DNA from: Octopus sinensis
Taxonomy: Eukaryota
Length of the DNA: 64,000 nucleotides
Direction: 5' to 3'
Assembly: GCF_006345805.1 (NCBI RefSeq)
Contig: NC_043024.1
Location: forward strand, 11,036,001-11,100,000
The translations under genes and the position numbers were made by a program. Position 1 is the stretch's first letter. Each line of letters starts with the position of its first letter. Under the pieces are notes generated by a model that saw only the letters and a program-made list of their open reading frames with translations, was not told where the DNA came from and did not search any database. Of the stretch, positions 49,968 to 63,209 are shown in pieces.

Positions 49968-50870
49968 TATTTCTTTATTGCTCACAAGAGGATAAACATA
50001 GAGGGGACAAACAAGGACAGACAAAGGGATTAAGTCGTTTATATCGACCCCAGTGCGTAACTGGTACTTAATTTATCGACCCCGAAAGGATGAAAGGCAA
50101 AGTCGACTTCGACGGAATTTGAACTCTGAACGTAACGGCAGACGAAATACCTATTTCTTTACTACCCACAAGGGGCTAAACACAGAAGGGACAAACAAGG
50201 ACAGACAAAGGGATTAAGTCGATTACATCGACCCCAGTGCGTAACTGGTACTTACTTAATCGACCCCGAAAGGATGAAAGGCAAAGTCGACCTCGGCGGA
50301 ATTTGAACTCTGAACGTAACGGCAGACGAAATACCTATTTCTTTACTACTCACAAGGGGCTACACACAGAGGGGACAAACAAGGACAGACAAAGGGATTA
50401 AGTCGATTACATCGACCCCAGTGCGTAACTGGTACTTAATTTATCGACCCCGAAAGGATGAAAGGCAAAGTCGACCTCGGCGGAATTTGAACTCAGAACG
50501 TAACGGCAGACGAAATACTTATTTCTTTACTACCCACAAGAGGCTAAACACAGAAGGGGACAAACAAGGACAGACAAAGGGATTAAGTCGATTACATCAA
50601 CCCCAGTGTTAACTGGTACTTACTTAATCGACCCCGAAAGGTTGAAAGGCAATGTCGACCTCGGTGGAATTTGAACTCAGAACATAGCGGCAAATGAAAT
50701 ACCTATTTCTTTACTACCCACAAGGGGCTAAACACAGAGGGGACAAACAAGGACAGACAAAGGGGTTAAGTCTATTACATCAACCCCAGTGCGTAACTGG
50801 TACTTAATTTATCGACCTCGAAAGGAATTTGAACTCAGAACGTTACGGCAGACGAAATACCGCTAAGCAT
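49968..50870 (-). mobile_element. SINE B concatemer (about 5 units)
   Basis: Units of about 184 bp starting near 49968, 50151, 50335, 50519, 50704. Confidence 0.85.
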
Positions 50871-52326
50871 TCTGTCAGAATTTCGCCAAAGTAAAAATAT
50901 TGAGACGAAGTTTCCAATGTTCTAGGGAAGGCCCTTCTTCAAAGAAGAAGAGTTCGGAACGCACCGTTCTTTTCCATCTCCTCTCACAACTTAGTGCCAA
51001 CTTAATATAATACCGATAAATATGTTTGCGAGTTTGGGACGTCTTTGATAACTAGGTCTCCTCTTTCAGAACCGATACTGGATTAAACAATAAATGCTAG
51101 TTCAGCCCTGACCGAGCAAACTTAAGATCAAAGATAGGATCTTACAAACCACAGAATTTTCTCAAGAATGCCAAGAGAAAAAGATATTTTATGTAACACA
51201 TTCTACCTATTTCTTTACTACTCACAAGGGGCTAAACACAGAGAGGACAAACAAGGACAGACAAAGGGGATTAAGTCAATTATATCAATCCCTGTGCGTA
51301 ACTGGTACTTAATTTATCGACCCCCGAAAGGATGAAAGGCAAATCGACCTCGGCGGAATTTGAACTCAGAACGTAACGACAGACGAAATACGGTTATGCA
51401 TTGCGCCTGGCGTGCTAACGATTCTGCCAGTATACGAAGTTTAAAAGTATTTTGTTACAAATAAATTATTTTTTAAATCTGCCGGTCAAAGTGAAAAGAT
51501 CCCAAAGATATTCTAACCATGACCATTCCATCTTTTGTTTGTCAGTATGTCCCTCTTGATTACATTCGCCAGTGTCTCCTTTTTTTTTTTTTTTAAAGAC
51601 AATAGGGTATGATTTGAGAGAGATTTGGCTGTTATTTCTAGCAAGGGTTGGTAAACGTCTCGTGTCATTGACTTACTTTATGGGATTGTTAATAACTTAC
51701 TTGATGGGATAAGTTAGAGTTTTAAAAAAACGCACAGTCATTATGAAAAATACACACACGTAGGAGTGGCTGTGTGGTAAGTAGCTTGCTTACGAACCAC
51801 ATGGTTCTGGGTTCAGTCTCACTGCGTGGCACCTTGGGCAGGTGTCTTCTACTATAGCCTCGGGCCGACCAAAGCCTTGTGAGTGGATTTGGTAGACGGA
51901 AACTGAAAGAAGCCTGTCGTATATATGTATATGTATGTGTATGCTTGTGTGTCTGTGTTTGTCCCCCTAGCATTGCTTGACAACCGATGCTGGTGTGTTT
52001 ACGTCCCCGTCACCTAGCCTCAGGCCGAACAAAGCCTTGTGAGTGGATTTGATAGACGGAAACTGAAAGAAGCCCGTCGTATATATGTATATATATATAT
52101 ATGTGTGTGTGTGTGTATGTGTTTGTGTGTCTGTGTTTGTCCCCCCCCCCTAGCATTGCTTGACAACCGATGCTGGTGTGTTTACGTCCCCGTTACTTAG
52201 CAGTTCGGCAAAAGAGACCGATAGAATAAGTACTAGGCTTACAAAGAATAAGTCCCTGGAGTCGACTTGCTCGACTAAAGGCGGTGCTCCAGCATGGCCG
52301 CAGTCACGTGACTGAAACAAGAACAC

Positions 52327-52786
52327 ACGAGGGGGTTCTAAAAAGTTCCTGGTGTTGGGTAAAAGAAAATAGAGGAGGATCAATTAATTATGATTTTATT
52401 CAACATATTCCATTCTCAGATTCACACACTTATTGCAGCAGTCCTTCAGTTTTTCTAAGCCCTGTAAAAGAACTCGGAAGTTTAGGCCCCTAACCAAACA
52501 TTTCGCGACACCCTTAAAACCAAGAACTTTTCTGCCCCACCTCATATATATTTTTTATACATGCATATGAGGGGTGAGGCTGAAAAGTTCCTGGCTTTGG
52601 GTAAAAGAAAATAGAGGAGGATCAGTTAATTATGATTTTATTCAACATATTCCCTTCTCAGATTCACACACTTATTGCAGCAGTCCTTCAGTTTTTCTAA
52701 GACCTGTAAAAGAACTCGGAAGGTTGGGCCCCTAACCAAGCATTTCGTGACACCCTTAAAACCAGGAAGTTTTCAGCAACCCCTCT
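52327..52786. mobile_element. Two tandem mariner-type MITEs (about 52327-52544 and 52567-52786)
   Basis: Ends A(C/T)GAGGGG...AAAAGTTCC and G(A)ACTTTTC...CCCTC, typical of mariner-derived MITEs; bodies near-identical. Confidence 0.7.
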
Positions 52787-53045
52787 CTCTCACACACACA
52801 CACAAGGTGCTCATAAATTATTTTTACACCTCCCACAGTGTATCTTATCTATTAAATTTGACACCGTCCGGGTGTGATGTGGGTAACCAATGGATGTCAC
52901 GTGATCGTCTTTTCTAATAGTTTTCATACAATTTCATTTGTTTTGCCCATTTTACCAATAAACTCTGGTGAGTTATCCTCATTTTTTACTTTCTTCTTTG
53001 CGAAATTTTTTCTTTCAAATTGTAACGGTAATTTATGGAGACCCT

Positions 53046-53830
53046 AGGCGGCGAGCTGGCAGAAACGTTAGCACACCGGGCGAAATGCGTAGCCGTATTT
53101 CGTCTACCGTTGCGTTCTGAGTTCGAATTCTGCCGAGGTCGTCTTTGCCTTTCATCCTTTCGGGGTCGATTAAATAAGTACCAGTTACGCACTGGGGTCG
53201 ATATAATCGACTTAATCCGTTCGTCTTGTCCTTGTTTGTCCTCTCTGTGTTTAGCCCCTTGTGGGTAGTAAAGAAATAGGTATTTCGTCTGTCTTTACGT
53301 TCTGAGTTTAAATTCCACCGAGGTCGACTTTGCCTTTCATCCTTTTGGGGTCGATTAAATAAGTACCAGTTACACACTGGGGTCGATATAATCGACTTAA
53401 TCCCTTTGTCTGTCCTTGTTTGTCCCCTCTGTGTTTAGCCCCTTGTGGGTAGTAAAGAAACAGGTATTTCGTCTGCCGCTACGTTCTGAGTTCAAATTCC
53501 GTCGAGGTCGACTTTGCCTTTCATCCTTTCGGGGTCGATTAAATAAGTACCAGTTACACACTGGGGTCGATATAATCGACTTAATCCCTTTGTCTGTCCT
53601 TGTTTGTCCCCTCTGTGTTTAGCCCCTTGTGGGTAGTAAAGAAACAGGTATTTCGTCTGCCGCTACGTTCTGAGTTCAAATTCCGTCGAGGTCGACTTTG
53701 CCTTTCATCCTTTCGGGGTCGATTAAATAAGTACCAGTTACACACTGGGGTCGATATAATCGACTTAATCCGTTTGTCTGTCCTGGTTTGTCCTCTCTGT
53801 GTTTAGCCCCTTGTGGGCAGTAAAGAAATA
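53046..53830 (+). mobile_element. tRNA-headed SINE family B (Meta-domain-like), tetramer
   Basis: Head GGCGGCGAGCTGGCAGAA (A-box-like) ...GAGTTCGAATTC (B-box-like), central GCCTTTCATCCTTTCGGGGTCGAT; one 233-bp unit plus three 184-bp headless units; 19-bp TSD GGTAATTTATGGAGACCCT. Confidence 0.9.
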
Positions 53831-53885
53831 GGTAATTTATGGAGACCCTGAATATATATATTTGAATTATGTAACTATAGCGTCA

Positions 53886-54270
53886 TCTCTCTCTATATAA
53901 ACGGCAGTTTGTCTGTGCGTGTTTCTGTCTTTCTGTTAGGTTGTACCCTCACCCTGACCACGGCTTTCATCCGATTCTGATGAAACTTGACACACACATA
54001 GCCCAATGTCATAATTCAAAACTAACGTAGCGAAAATTTTGAAAAGTTCCCCCAGTTCTGAAAAAAATCGATTAATTCGACATGGGGTCGAGAATCAGAA
54101 ACACAAACCGCAAACTGTCTAGGGGACGCAACTCCACCTTTTTTCACTCTCGAAAAAAAATTTACCATCATTTTATTCCATTTTTTTGCTATTTTTTGGC
54201 TATAACTCTCTAAAAATGCTTTATAGTTATTTCCCTTACAAACCTGAGCAACGCCGGGCGATACTGCTAG
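53886..54270 (+). mobile_element. Non-autonomous Helitron with a different 5' module and the same 3' end
   Basis: A|TCTCTCTCTATATAAACGG start; last ~100 bp match 47560-47656, including hairpin and CTAG|T. Confidence 0.75.
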
Positions 54271-54280
54271 TTGACCAATA

Positions 54281-54577
54281 AGCTCAAGAGCGCAAGGTCG
54301 TGAGTTCGATTCCCGGTGACGCGTTGTGTCCTTGAGCAAGACTCTTTATTTTACGTCACTCCAGTCCACTCAGCTGGCAAAAATGAGTTGTACATGTATT
54401 TCAAAGGGTCGGCTTTGTCACATTCTGTGTCACACTGAATCTCCCTGAGAATTACGTTAAGGGTACACGTGTCTATGGAATACTCAGCCACTTGCATGTT
54501 AATTTCACGAGCAAATTCTTCCGTTGATCGTATCAGCTGGGACCCTCGTCGTCGCAACCGACGGAGTGCTCCTTTAA
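54281..54577 (+). mobile_element. tRNA-headed SINE family D
   Basis: GGTCGTGAGTTCGATTCCCG B-box, TTGAGCAAGAC-CTTTATTT core; flanked by TTGACCAATA duplication. Related copies at about 41228-41480(+), 57131-57420(+), 63500-63830(-), and 48507-48824(-, different tail). Confidence 0.75.
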
Positions 54578-55459
54578 TTGACCAATACACTAATAACAAT
54601 TCTATGAATTTCTAAAATAAATTTGGTTTTTCTTTATTTTATCTTCGTTTTTTTTTCGCTTTATTTGTTTTGTTTTTTCTTGATTTTCTTTTTATTTTCT
54701 GTCTATTTCTTTCTCTTTTTCCTCTTTTTCCATTTTTTCTTTTTCTTGTTCTTTTCTCATTTTTCTTTCTTTCTTTCTCTTGTTACTCTTTTTCCATTTT
54801 TTCTCTCCCGATTTCGGATTTATATTTTTAACGCGGTTTTTGTATTATATACGCATTATACACACACGTGTTATATTCCGATAAAAATACTATTAAATTA
54901 ACCAAAGAAAAAAAAAGGAAAATTTTTAGTAAAATTAATAAAAAACTTCTTGATCTTTAAAAACATTAATTCCTTTTCTGTCAAAGTCGACTTCGATGGT
55001 AGCACAAGGCCTGGAATTTTAGTGGGAGGGCTCTAATTGATTACATCGACCCCCAGTACTCAACTGGTACTTATTTTATCACACACACACACATTCCGAC
55101 GTCATCACGATTCATGATTATAAAACCTCGGAAAAACAAACAAATCTTTGAAAAAGTCACCAAACTTGAAAAACTATAACAACAAACTGGTATAAATAGA
55201 GTTGAGTAATAAACGAAGACAATGTTTATGATATTCTGAAACTGGGTGGATTCTGTTATGAGAATGGAATTTGGCTTGGCTGTGTAATTAGGAAGCTAGC
55301 TTTACAAGGACGTGGTTTTGGGTTCAATCCCAATGTGCGATATCTTGGGGGTAAGTGTCTTTTACTTATAGCCCTAAGGCGACCAATGCCTTATGAATGA
55401 ATTTGGTTTATGGAAACTGTGTGGAAACCTGTCATGTATATAAGAACTAGAAAAATAGC

Positions 55460-56499
55460 TATTTCTTTACTACCCACAAGGGGCTACACACAGAGAGGAC
55501 AAGCAAGGACAGACAAACGGATTAAGTCGATTATATCGACCCCAGTGCGTAACTGGTACTTATCTAATCGACCCTGAAATGATGAAAGGCAAAGTCGACC
55601 TCGGCAGAATTTGAACTCAGAACGTAGCGGCGGACGAAATACCACAAAGCATTTCGCCCGGCGTGCTAACGTTTCTGCCAGCTCGCCGAAAAATACCGCT
55701 AGAAAAATACCTATTTCTTTATTACCCACAAGGTGCTAAACACAGAGAGGGCAAACAAGGAGAGACAAATGGATTAAGTAGATTATATCGACCCCAGTGC
55801 GTAACTGGTACTTATTTAATCAACCCCCGAAAGGATGAAAGGCAAAGTCGACCTCGGCGGAATTTGAACTCAGAACGTAGCGGCAAGACGAAATACCTAT
55901 TTCTTTACTACCCACAAGGGCTAAACACAGAGAGGACAAACAAGGAGAGACAAAGGGATTAAGTAGATTATATCTATCCCAGTGCGTAACTGGTATTTAT
56001 TTAATCGACCCCGAAAGGATGAAAAGCAAAGCTGACCTCGGCGGAATTTGAACTCAGAATGTAGCAGCAAGACGAAATACCTATTTCTTTACTACCCACA
56101 AGGGGCTAAACACAGAGAGGACAAACACAAGGACAGACAAATGGATTAAGTCGATTATATCGACCCCAGTGTGTAACTGGTACTTATCTAATCGACCCTG
56201 AAATGATGAAAGGCAAAGTCGACCTCGGTAGAATTTGAACTCAGAACGTAGAGGCAGACGAAATACCTATTTCTTTACTACCCACAAGGAGCTAAAAACA
56301 GAAGGGACAAACGAGGACAGACAAACGGATTAAATCGATTACAGCGATCCCAGTGCATAACTGGTACTTATTTAATCGACCCCGAAAGGATGAAAGGCAA
56401 AGTCGACCTCGGCGGAATTTGAACTCAGAACATAAAGACAGACGAAATACCGCAAAGCATTTCGCCCGGCATGCTAACAATTCTGTTAGCTCGCCGCCT
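55460..56499 (-). mobile_element. SINE B monomer (55460-55688) plus tetramer (55710-56499)
   Basis: Units near 55710, 55897, 56081, 56267; full head at the right end. Confidence 0.85.
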
Positions 56500-56912
56500 A
56501 AAAATACCGTTAAGTATTTCGCCCGACTCGGGAATGTATATGACGTCAGTTGTGTGCGTGAGTGCGCATGTGTTTGACTGTTCAGCTTTGTTCAAGTACA
56601 TGGAACACCATGCCGCACACTCATGACGTCATAGACTTTTACCGAAGGACTACGCCAACGTGGTAACGATTCTGCCAACTAGCTCTGATAGAATAAGTGT
56701 CGGATTAAAAGAAAAAAAAAGTATTAGTGTTGATCTATTCGACTGGGCCCTTCATGGCGGTGCTGTAGCCTGGCCGCAGTCCAGTGAACGAAACAAGATA
56801 AAATGGAAAAAAAGTATATCTACACACGTAGCCAAAATGCCGCCAGCCCTCCCCCCTCAACAGTTATTACTACCTCCGCAAGTAATTTATATTCTGCTTT
56901 ATCTTGCTAAAG

Positions 56913-57469
56913 CAGGGCCTGTCAACCTGAGACCCGCAGGTCGCATGCGACCTCACGCTTTTATCTTGTGGCCCGCTTGATTCTTTCTTGAAACAGGTTT
57001 ATTTAAACAAACATTTTAAAAGGATTGTAATGAAAAGTAAAAAAGAAAGAAACTGTTGTCTAGCAACGATAATATTTCATGTTTAATCAACGATCATTCA
57101 TTCATTATTGTAATAACAGCGTGGGAGTGAAGGCGCGTGGCTAAATGGTTAGGGCGTTCGGCTCGCGATCAGAAGGTCGTGAGTTCAATTCACGGCGACG
57201 CGTTGTGTCCTTGAGCAAGACACTTTATTTCACACTGTACCAGTCCACTCAGCTGGCAAAAATGAGTAGTATGTGTATTTCAAAGAGCCAGCCTTGTCAC
57301 ACTTTGTGACACGCTGAATCTCCCTGAGAACTATGTTAAGGGTACACGTATCTGTGGAGTGCTCAGCCACTTTAACGTTAATTTCACGAGCAAGCTGTTC
57401 CGTTGATCGGATCAAGTGGGACTCTGTGATTAAAGTGGCCCAAAATGTAAGTCAAGTTGGCCAGGCCTG
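56913..57469 (+). mobile_element. hAT-like non-autonomous element with a nested SINE (about 57131-57420)
   Basis: Imperfect TIRs CAGGGCCTGTCAACCT / AAGTTGGCCAGGCCTG; flanks TGCTAAAG / CTCTAAAG (6/8 match). Confidence 0.6.
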
Positions 57470-57737
57470 CTCTAAAGTTACGAAATGTAAGAACCGTACT
57501 TGATAGAACAGGAGGCATTTTGGTTGAAATAAAAATGTTTTCTTTTTATTTAAATCACTTCAAGTCCTGTATTCTTTTATTCTTCCATTTGTTTCAGTCA
57601 TTTGACTGTGGCCATGCTGGAGCACCGCCTTAAAGGTTTTAGTCGAAGAAATCGACCCCAGGACTTATTCTTTGTGTAAGCCTAGGTGTCGGTTGCCAAG
57701 CAATGGGTGGCGGGAAGACAAACACACACACACATAC

Positions 57738-57801
<64 letters not shown>

Positions 57802-60559
57802 GATGGGCTTCTTTCAGTTTCCGTCTACCTAATCCACTCACAAGGTTTTGGTCGGCCCAAGGCTATGGTAGAAGACATTTGTACTAAGTTATTTTTTAAA
57901 TTGGTTTCAAATTTTGGCACAAGGCCAGCAATTTCGTGTTTGTTGGACCAAGTTGATTACATCGACACCAATACTCATTTGTACTTATTTAATCGACCCC
58001 GAAAGGATGAAAGGCAAAGTCAACCTCGGTGGAATTTGAACTCAAAACATAGCAATGGGTGAAATACCTATTTCTTTACTACCCACAAGGGGCTAAACAC
58101 AGAGAGGACAAACAAGGACAGGCAGACAGATTAAGTCGTAACTGGTACTTAATTTATCGACCCCGAAAGGATGAAAGGCAAAGTCGACCTCGGCGGAATT
58201 TGAACTCAGAACGTAGCGGCAGACGAAATACCTATTTCTTTACTACCCACAAGGGGCTAAACACAGAGAGGACAGACAAATGGATTAAGTCAATTATATT
58301 GACCCCAGTGCGTAACTGGTACTTAATTTATGGACCCCGAAAGGATGAAAGGCAAAGTCGACCTCGGCGGAATTTGAACTCAGAACGTAACAGCAAACGA
58401 AATACCGTTAAGCATTTCGCCCGGCGTGCTAACCACTCTGCCAGCTCGCCGCCTTTCCGGGGTCAAATAATAATTCGCGTATTTTGGCCACTACTACTAC
58501 TTACACACCTTGGACTGTATAACTGTTACACTCTTGGAGTAACTAGAAATGCATTGTCCAATGTGTTCCCTTTTTCAAGACTAAGGTTATGCTTCGAGGG
58601 AGAGCTAACTGCTATTCTTGTACGCCGAGTGACCAACAAAGTCCCGCTACAAAGCCTTATCGGTTTGTTGTTATTTAAGCTCTCTTTACTCTTTTACTAG
58701 TTTCAGTCATTTTACTGTGGCCATGCTGGAGCACCACCTTTAGTCGAGCAACTCGACCCCGGGACTTATTCTTTGTAAGCCCAGTACATATTCTATCGGT
58801 CTCCTTTTGCCGAACCGCTAAGTGACGGGGACCTAAACACACCAGCATCGGTTGTCAAGCAATGCTAGGGGGACAAACACAGACACACAAACACATACAC
58901 ACACGCATACATATATATATATATATACATATATACGACAGGCTTCTTTCAGTTTCCGTCTACCGAATCCACTCACAAGGCATTGGTCGGCCCGGGGCTA
59001 TAGCAGAAGACACTTGCCCAAGGTGCCACGCAGTGGGACTGAACCCGGAACCATGTGGTTGGTAAGCAAGCTACTTACCACACAGCCACTCCTGCGCCTA
59101 TTTTTACCGCAGTAAATAGACCAAATAGCTTACAGTTTTTAATAGTTCATCTTATGCTTTGGCTCCAAGTCTGGGCCACATTACTTCTACCACCCATAGC
59201 AGTGTCACGCACCAATTGCCGTTAAAGTCTGTGCAACGGGGAGATAACTAGATGACACTAAATTACTTTCTCTTAATAATCATCTCCCTTAGATTTGCTG
59301 TTGCAATTTAAGAAACGGATCCCACCGCTGGTTTTGTTTTTTCCCCCCTGTTTAGTCGAGTTAGTCCCAAAATGCACGTATGGCTAAATGATTAACTCTT
59401 TAGCATTCAAATTACCCTGTCAAATGTAATGCTTATTTATTCACATTTTTTGCTTCCCAATCACATGGGCGTGGGTTCAGTCCCACCGCATGGCACCTGG
59501 GGCAAGTGCCTTGTGCGTTGAATTGGTAGACGGAAACTGAAAGAAGCCCGTTGTATACAAACACACACACATATATATATAATATGTGTGTGTGTATTTG
59601 TGTTTGTTTCCCCCTCCGTCATCACATTCGGAAAAAATCTTTTACCTTTTCTCCCAGCCCTTTAACTCCCTCGCTGTATATTCCTCTGCAGAAACCAGAT
59701 TTTGTCACCCTTCTCTCATAGTAATCCCTTTGTCCCCGAATATGAAGCTGACCCCCCACCTACCCCTAGAACTTGTAGTCCTGCGAAGAACACGCTGATC
59801 CCGATCGTGGAGATGGTACGAAAAGATAAGGCACCCAGTCCACACTGTAAAGTGGTTGGTGCACCCAGCCATACAAACCTATACCAAAGCAAACAGCGGA
59901 CCTCGATGAAGTCCTGGGGTACATCGGATCCTGCCAAACCGTCCGACCCATGCCAGCATGGAACATGGACATTAAATGACGATGATGATGATGTTGATGA
60001 TGTTAATGAACTAGGCCTTGTACATGGAATTAGTTGAAAGAAACAATACGGAAGGGTTTTACTTGCAATTCAAAGGTGCAGTCTTGTCAGGCAGAGTTTT
60101 GCCTCAGAATTATGTTTAAAGCTACCAACGTCTGTGGAATACACAGCCATTTACACTCTGATACAACGAGCGGTTAGTTTGGTTGATTGAACTACTGAAT
60201 CTTCTTCGTCGAAACTGACGGAGATTCATTTACTTACGGATCCAAACGTCTTATATATATATACTAGCAGTATCGCGTTGCTCGGGTTTGTAAGGGAAAT
60301 AACTATATAAGCATTTTTAGAGAGTTACTTCCCTTATAGATGCCAATTCGGGCTTTCTTAGCCATTTCTGTTTTGGTGTCTTCAAGCCATGAAGTCGTTG
60401 TTCTAAAAGAACGCTGGTCTCCTTGACAACGCTTTACGACGTTGATTTTCTTACACTCCCTTCCCCACAGCTTCACGAGGGGGGGGGGGGAGAAGCAAAC
60501 ACAGGTGCAGGTGTTTGAGCGTGGACGCCAACTCCGCCGCCATCGACACACGATATATA

Positions 60560-61469
60560 TCTATATATATAAAACTGTAGTTGTGTGAGTGTCTGTCCCC
60601 TTCGATTTAGATTCCTAACTACTCCCACATTTTGCGGTGCAGTTTAACCAAATTCGGGTATCTTATAGTCGTTATTCATATCGAGCCCTTCTGGGTATTA
60701 GCGCGCGTCTACGATGAGTCTACGATTTTAAAAATAATTTACCATAATTATTTTCCATTTTAACGCATATTTTTTAAATAAAGGGAAGGCGGCGGAGTTG
60801 GCGTCCATGGTCACACCTGCACCTGTGTTGCTTCTCCCCCTTCTTCCCTCCCTCGTGAAGTTGTGGGGAAGGGAGTGTAAGGAAATCAACGTTGTTAAGC
60901 GTTGTCAAGGAGACCAGCGTTCTTTTAGAACGACGACTTCATGGCTTGAAGTCGCCAAAACAGAAATCGCTAAAAAAGCTGAAACAGGTCCACAAAAACG
61001 GCAATTACCGCCACACAGGGCCCGTTTCCTGTGCAAACAATTTGCACAACCTAATGTTTTAGTTGTTGCACAAATCTTTATATATAAAAGTAAGGTTGTG
61101 TGTCTGTCTCCTACGATTTAGATTCCTAACTACTCCCACATTTTGCGGTGCAGTTTAACCAAAACCGGGTATCTTATAGTCGTGATTCATATCGAGCTCT
61201 TCTGGGTATTAGCACGCGTCTACGATGAGTCTACGATTTAAAAAAAAATTACCATCATTTTTTCCATTTTAATGCATTTTTTCGCTATTATATAAGGGAA
61301 GTAACTTTCTAAAAATGTCTACGATGAGTCAACGATTTTTAAAAAAATTTACCATAATTTTTTTTCCATTTTTGATGCATTTTTTTGCTATTTTTTGGCT
61401 ATAACTCTCTAAAAATGCTTTATGGTTATTTCCCTTACAAACCCGAGCAATGCCGGGCGATACTGCTAG
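60560..61469 (+). mobile_element. Non-autonomous Helitron, same composite as 46742-47656
   Basis: TC start, internal second start at 61075, hairpin then CTAG|T. A truncated minus-strand copy lies directly upstream (about 60265-60553). Confidence 0.85.
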
Positions 61470-62887
61470 TATATATATATATACATATACTTTATTTAAA
61501 AGCAGCAGAAAATTCAACAAAACCTGTTACTATATATATATATATATACATATATTTCTATTCGGAACTATATATATATATATATTTATATACACCGGAG
61601 TAAACACATAAATGTGAAACAAGGTGGAAAAAAGAGTACTCAAATACCAGAGGTAGAGTAATATGCTTTATTTAAAAGCAGCAGAAATATAACAAAAGAT
61701 GTTACTCGGAGTTTCACATTCCCGTGAAATTCATATATTGTTTTTCGCCCATTTACTTGCGTACGTTTTCAATGAAATTCTCCGAGAGAACTTACTTCAT
61801 TGACTGGAAACATGTTGAACTAATGTAAAACTAGGGTCCTCAACCAAGCCCTTATGATCCTTGGCGGGGTTCATGTAAGATTTTGTTGTTAAAATTCATG
61901 GACAACAAATCGGTTGTTCCTCCACAATACGCAAAATATTTTAATTTTGGGGATACAATCCTTAATAATGTTTAATTAAAAGAGTAGAGTGATGGACTGG
62001 CGTCCCGTCCTGCTGGGGGGAACACATACGCCACAGAAACCGGGAAACCGGGCCCATGAGCCTGGCTAGGCTTGAGAAGGGCGAAATAAGAGTAGAGTAA
62101 GTTTTTTTTAAAACATTGAATGGCTATGAAGGTCCACCCAGTTGAAATAGGGATCAAAAAGGGTGTCCATAGATAAAAATGATGGAGAAACACTGATGTA
62201 AAACATTAGAGAAAGAAACCTAGTGTTATACATTCATATCTATGTGTATGCGTAGGTATAGGTATATAGGAATACGTCCCCATTATTAGTACTATTTTGT
62301 TAAGCGCATCTAGTAAACGGTATGAACTGTGACTAAGGCGGATACGCAGTGTGTATCACTCCGCTATACATATACAGTTTACTCTTATACTTGTTTCAGT
62401 CATTTGACTGTGGCCATGCTGGAGCACCGCCTTTTAGTCGAACAAATCGACCCCAGGACTTATTCTTTGTAAGCCTAGTACTATTTCTATCGGTGTCTTT
62501 TGCCGAACCGCTAGGTTACGGGGACGTAAACACACCAGCATTGGTTGTCAAGCAATGTTGGGGGGACAAACACAGACGCACAAACATACACATGATTCAT
62601 CGTATAGCGGGAAAATGATGAGATGGCCACGGCTGGAATGTCTCTCATTATAGGCCTGCTCTATAAAAGCTGACTTGAGGTTTATTCTCTACAACAAGTA
62701 GGACATCCTGTGGAGTTTCCCTGCTACATGGTTCCGGGTTCAGTCCCACTGCTTGGCACCTTGGGCAAGTGTCTTCTACTATAGCCCTCGACCGACCAAA
62801 TCTTGTGAGTGGATTTGGTAGACGGAAACTGAAAGAAGCCCGTCGTATATATGTACATACATATATGTATGTATGTATGTATGTATG

Positions 62888-62933
<46 letters not shown>

Positions 62934-63130
62934 ACTATATATATATATATATATATACACATATATACATAGGCGTTGGAGTGGGTGTGTGGTAAGTAGC
63001 TTGCTTACCAACCACATGGTTCTGGGTTCAGTCCCACTGCGTGGCATCTTGGGCAAGTACCCTCTACTATAGCCTTGGGCCGACCAAAGCCTTGTGAGTG
63101 GATTTGGTAGACAGAAACTGAAAGAAGCCC

Positions 63131-63209
<79 letters not shown>

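Noticed and set aside
49968-50870. Regularly spaced repeats read as a CRISPR array
   Set aside because: Whole 184-bp units repeat with no unique spacers, the unit is a SINE body, no cas genes are present, and the context is eukaryotic.
53046-53830. SINE B arrays as hammerhead retrozyme tandems
   Set aside because: No CTGANGA core paired with GAAA was found on either strand of the unit.
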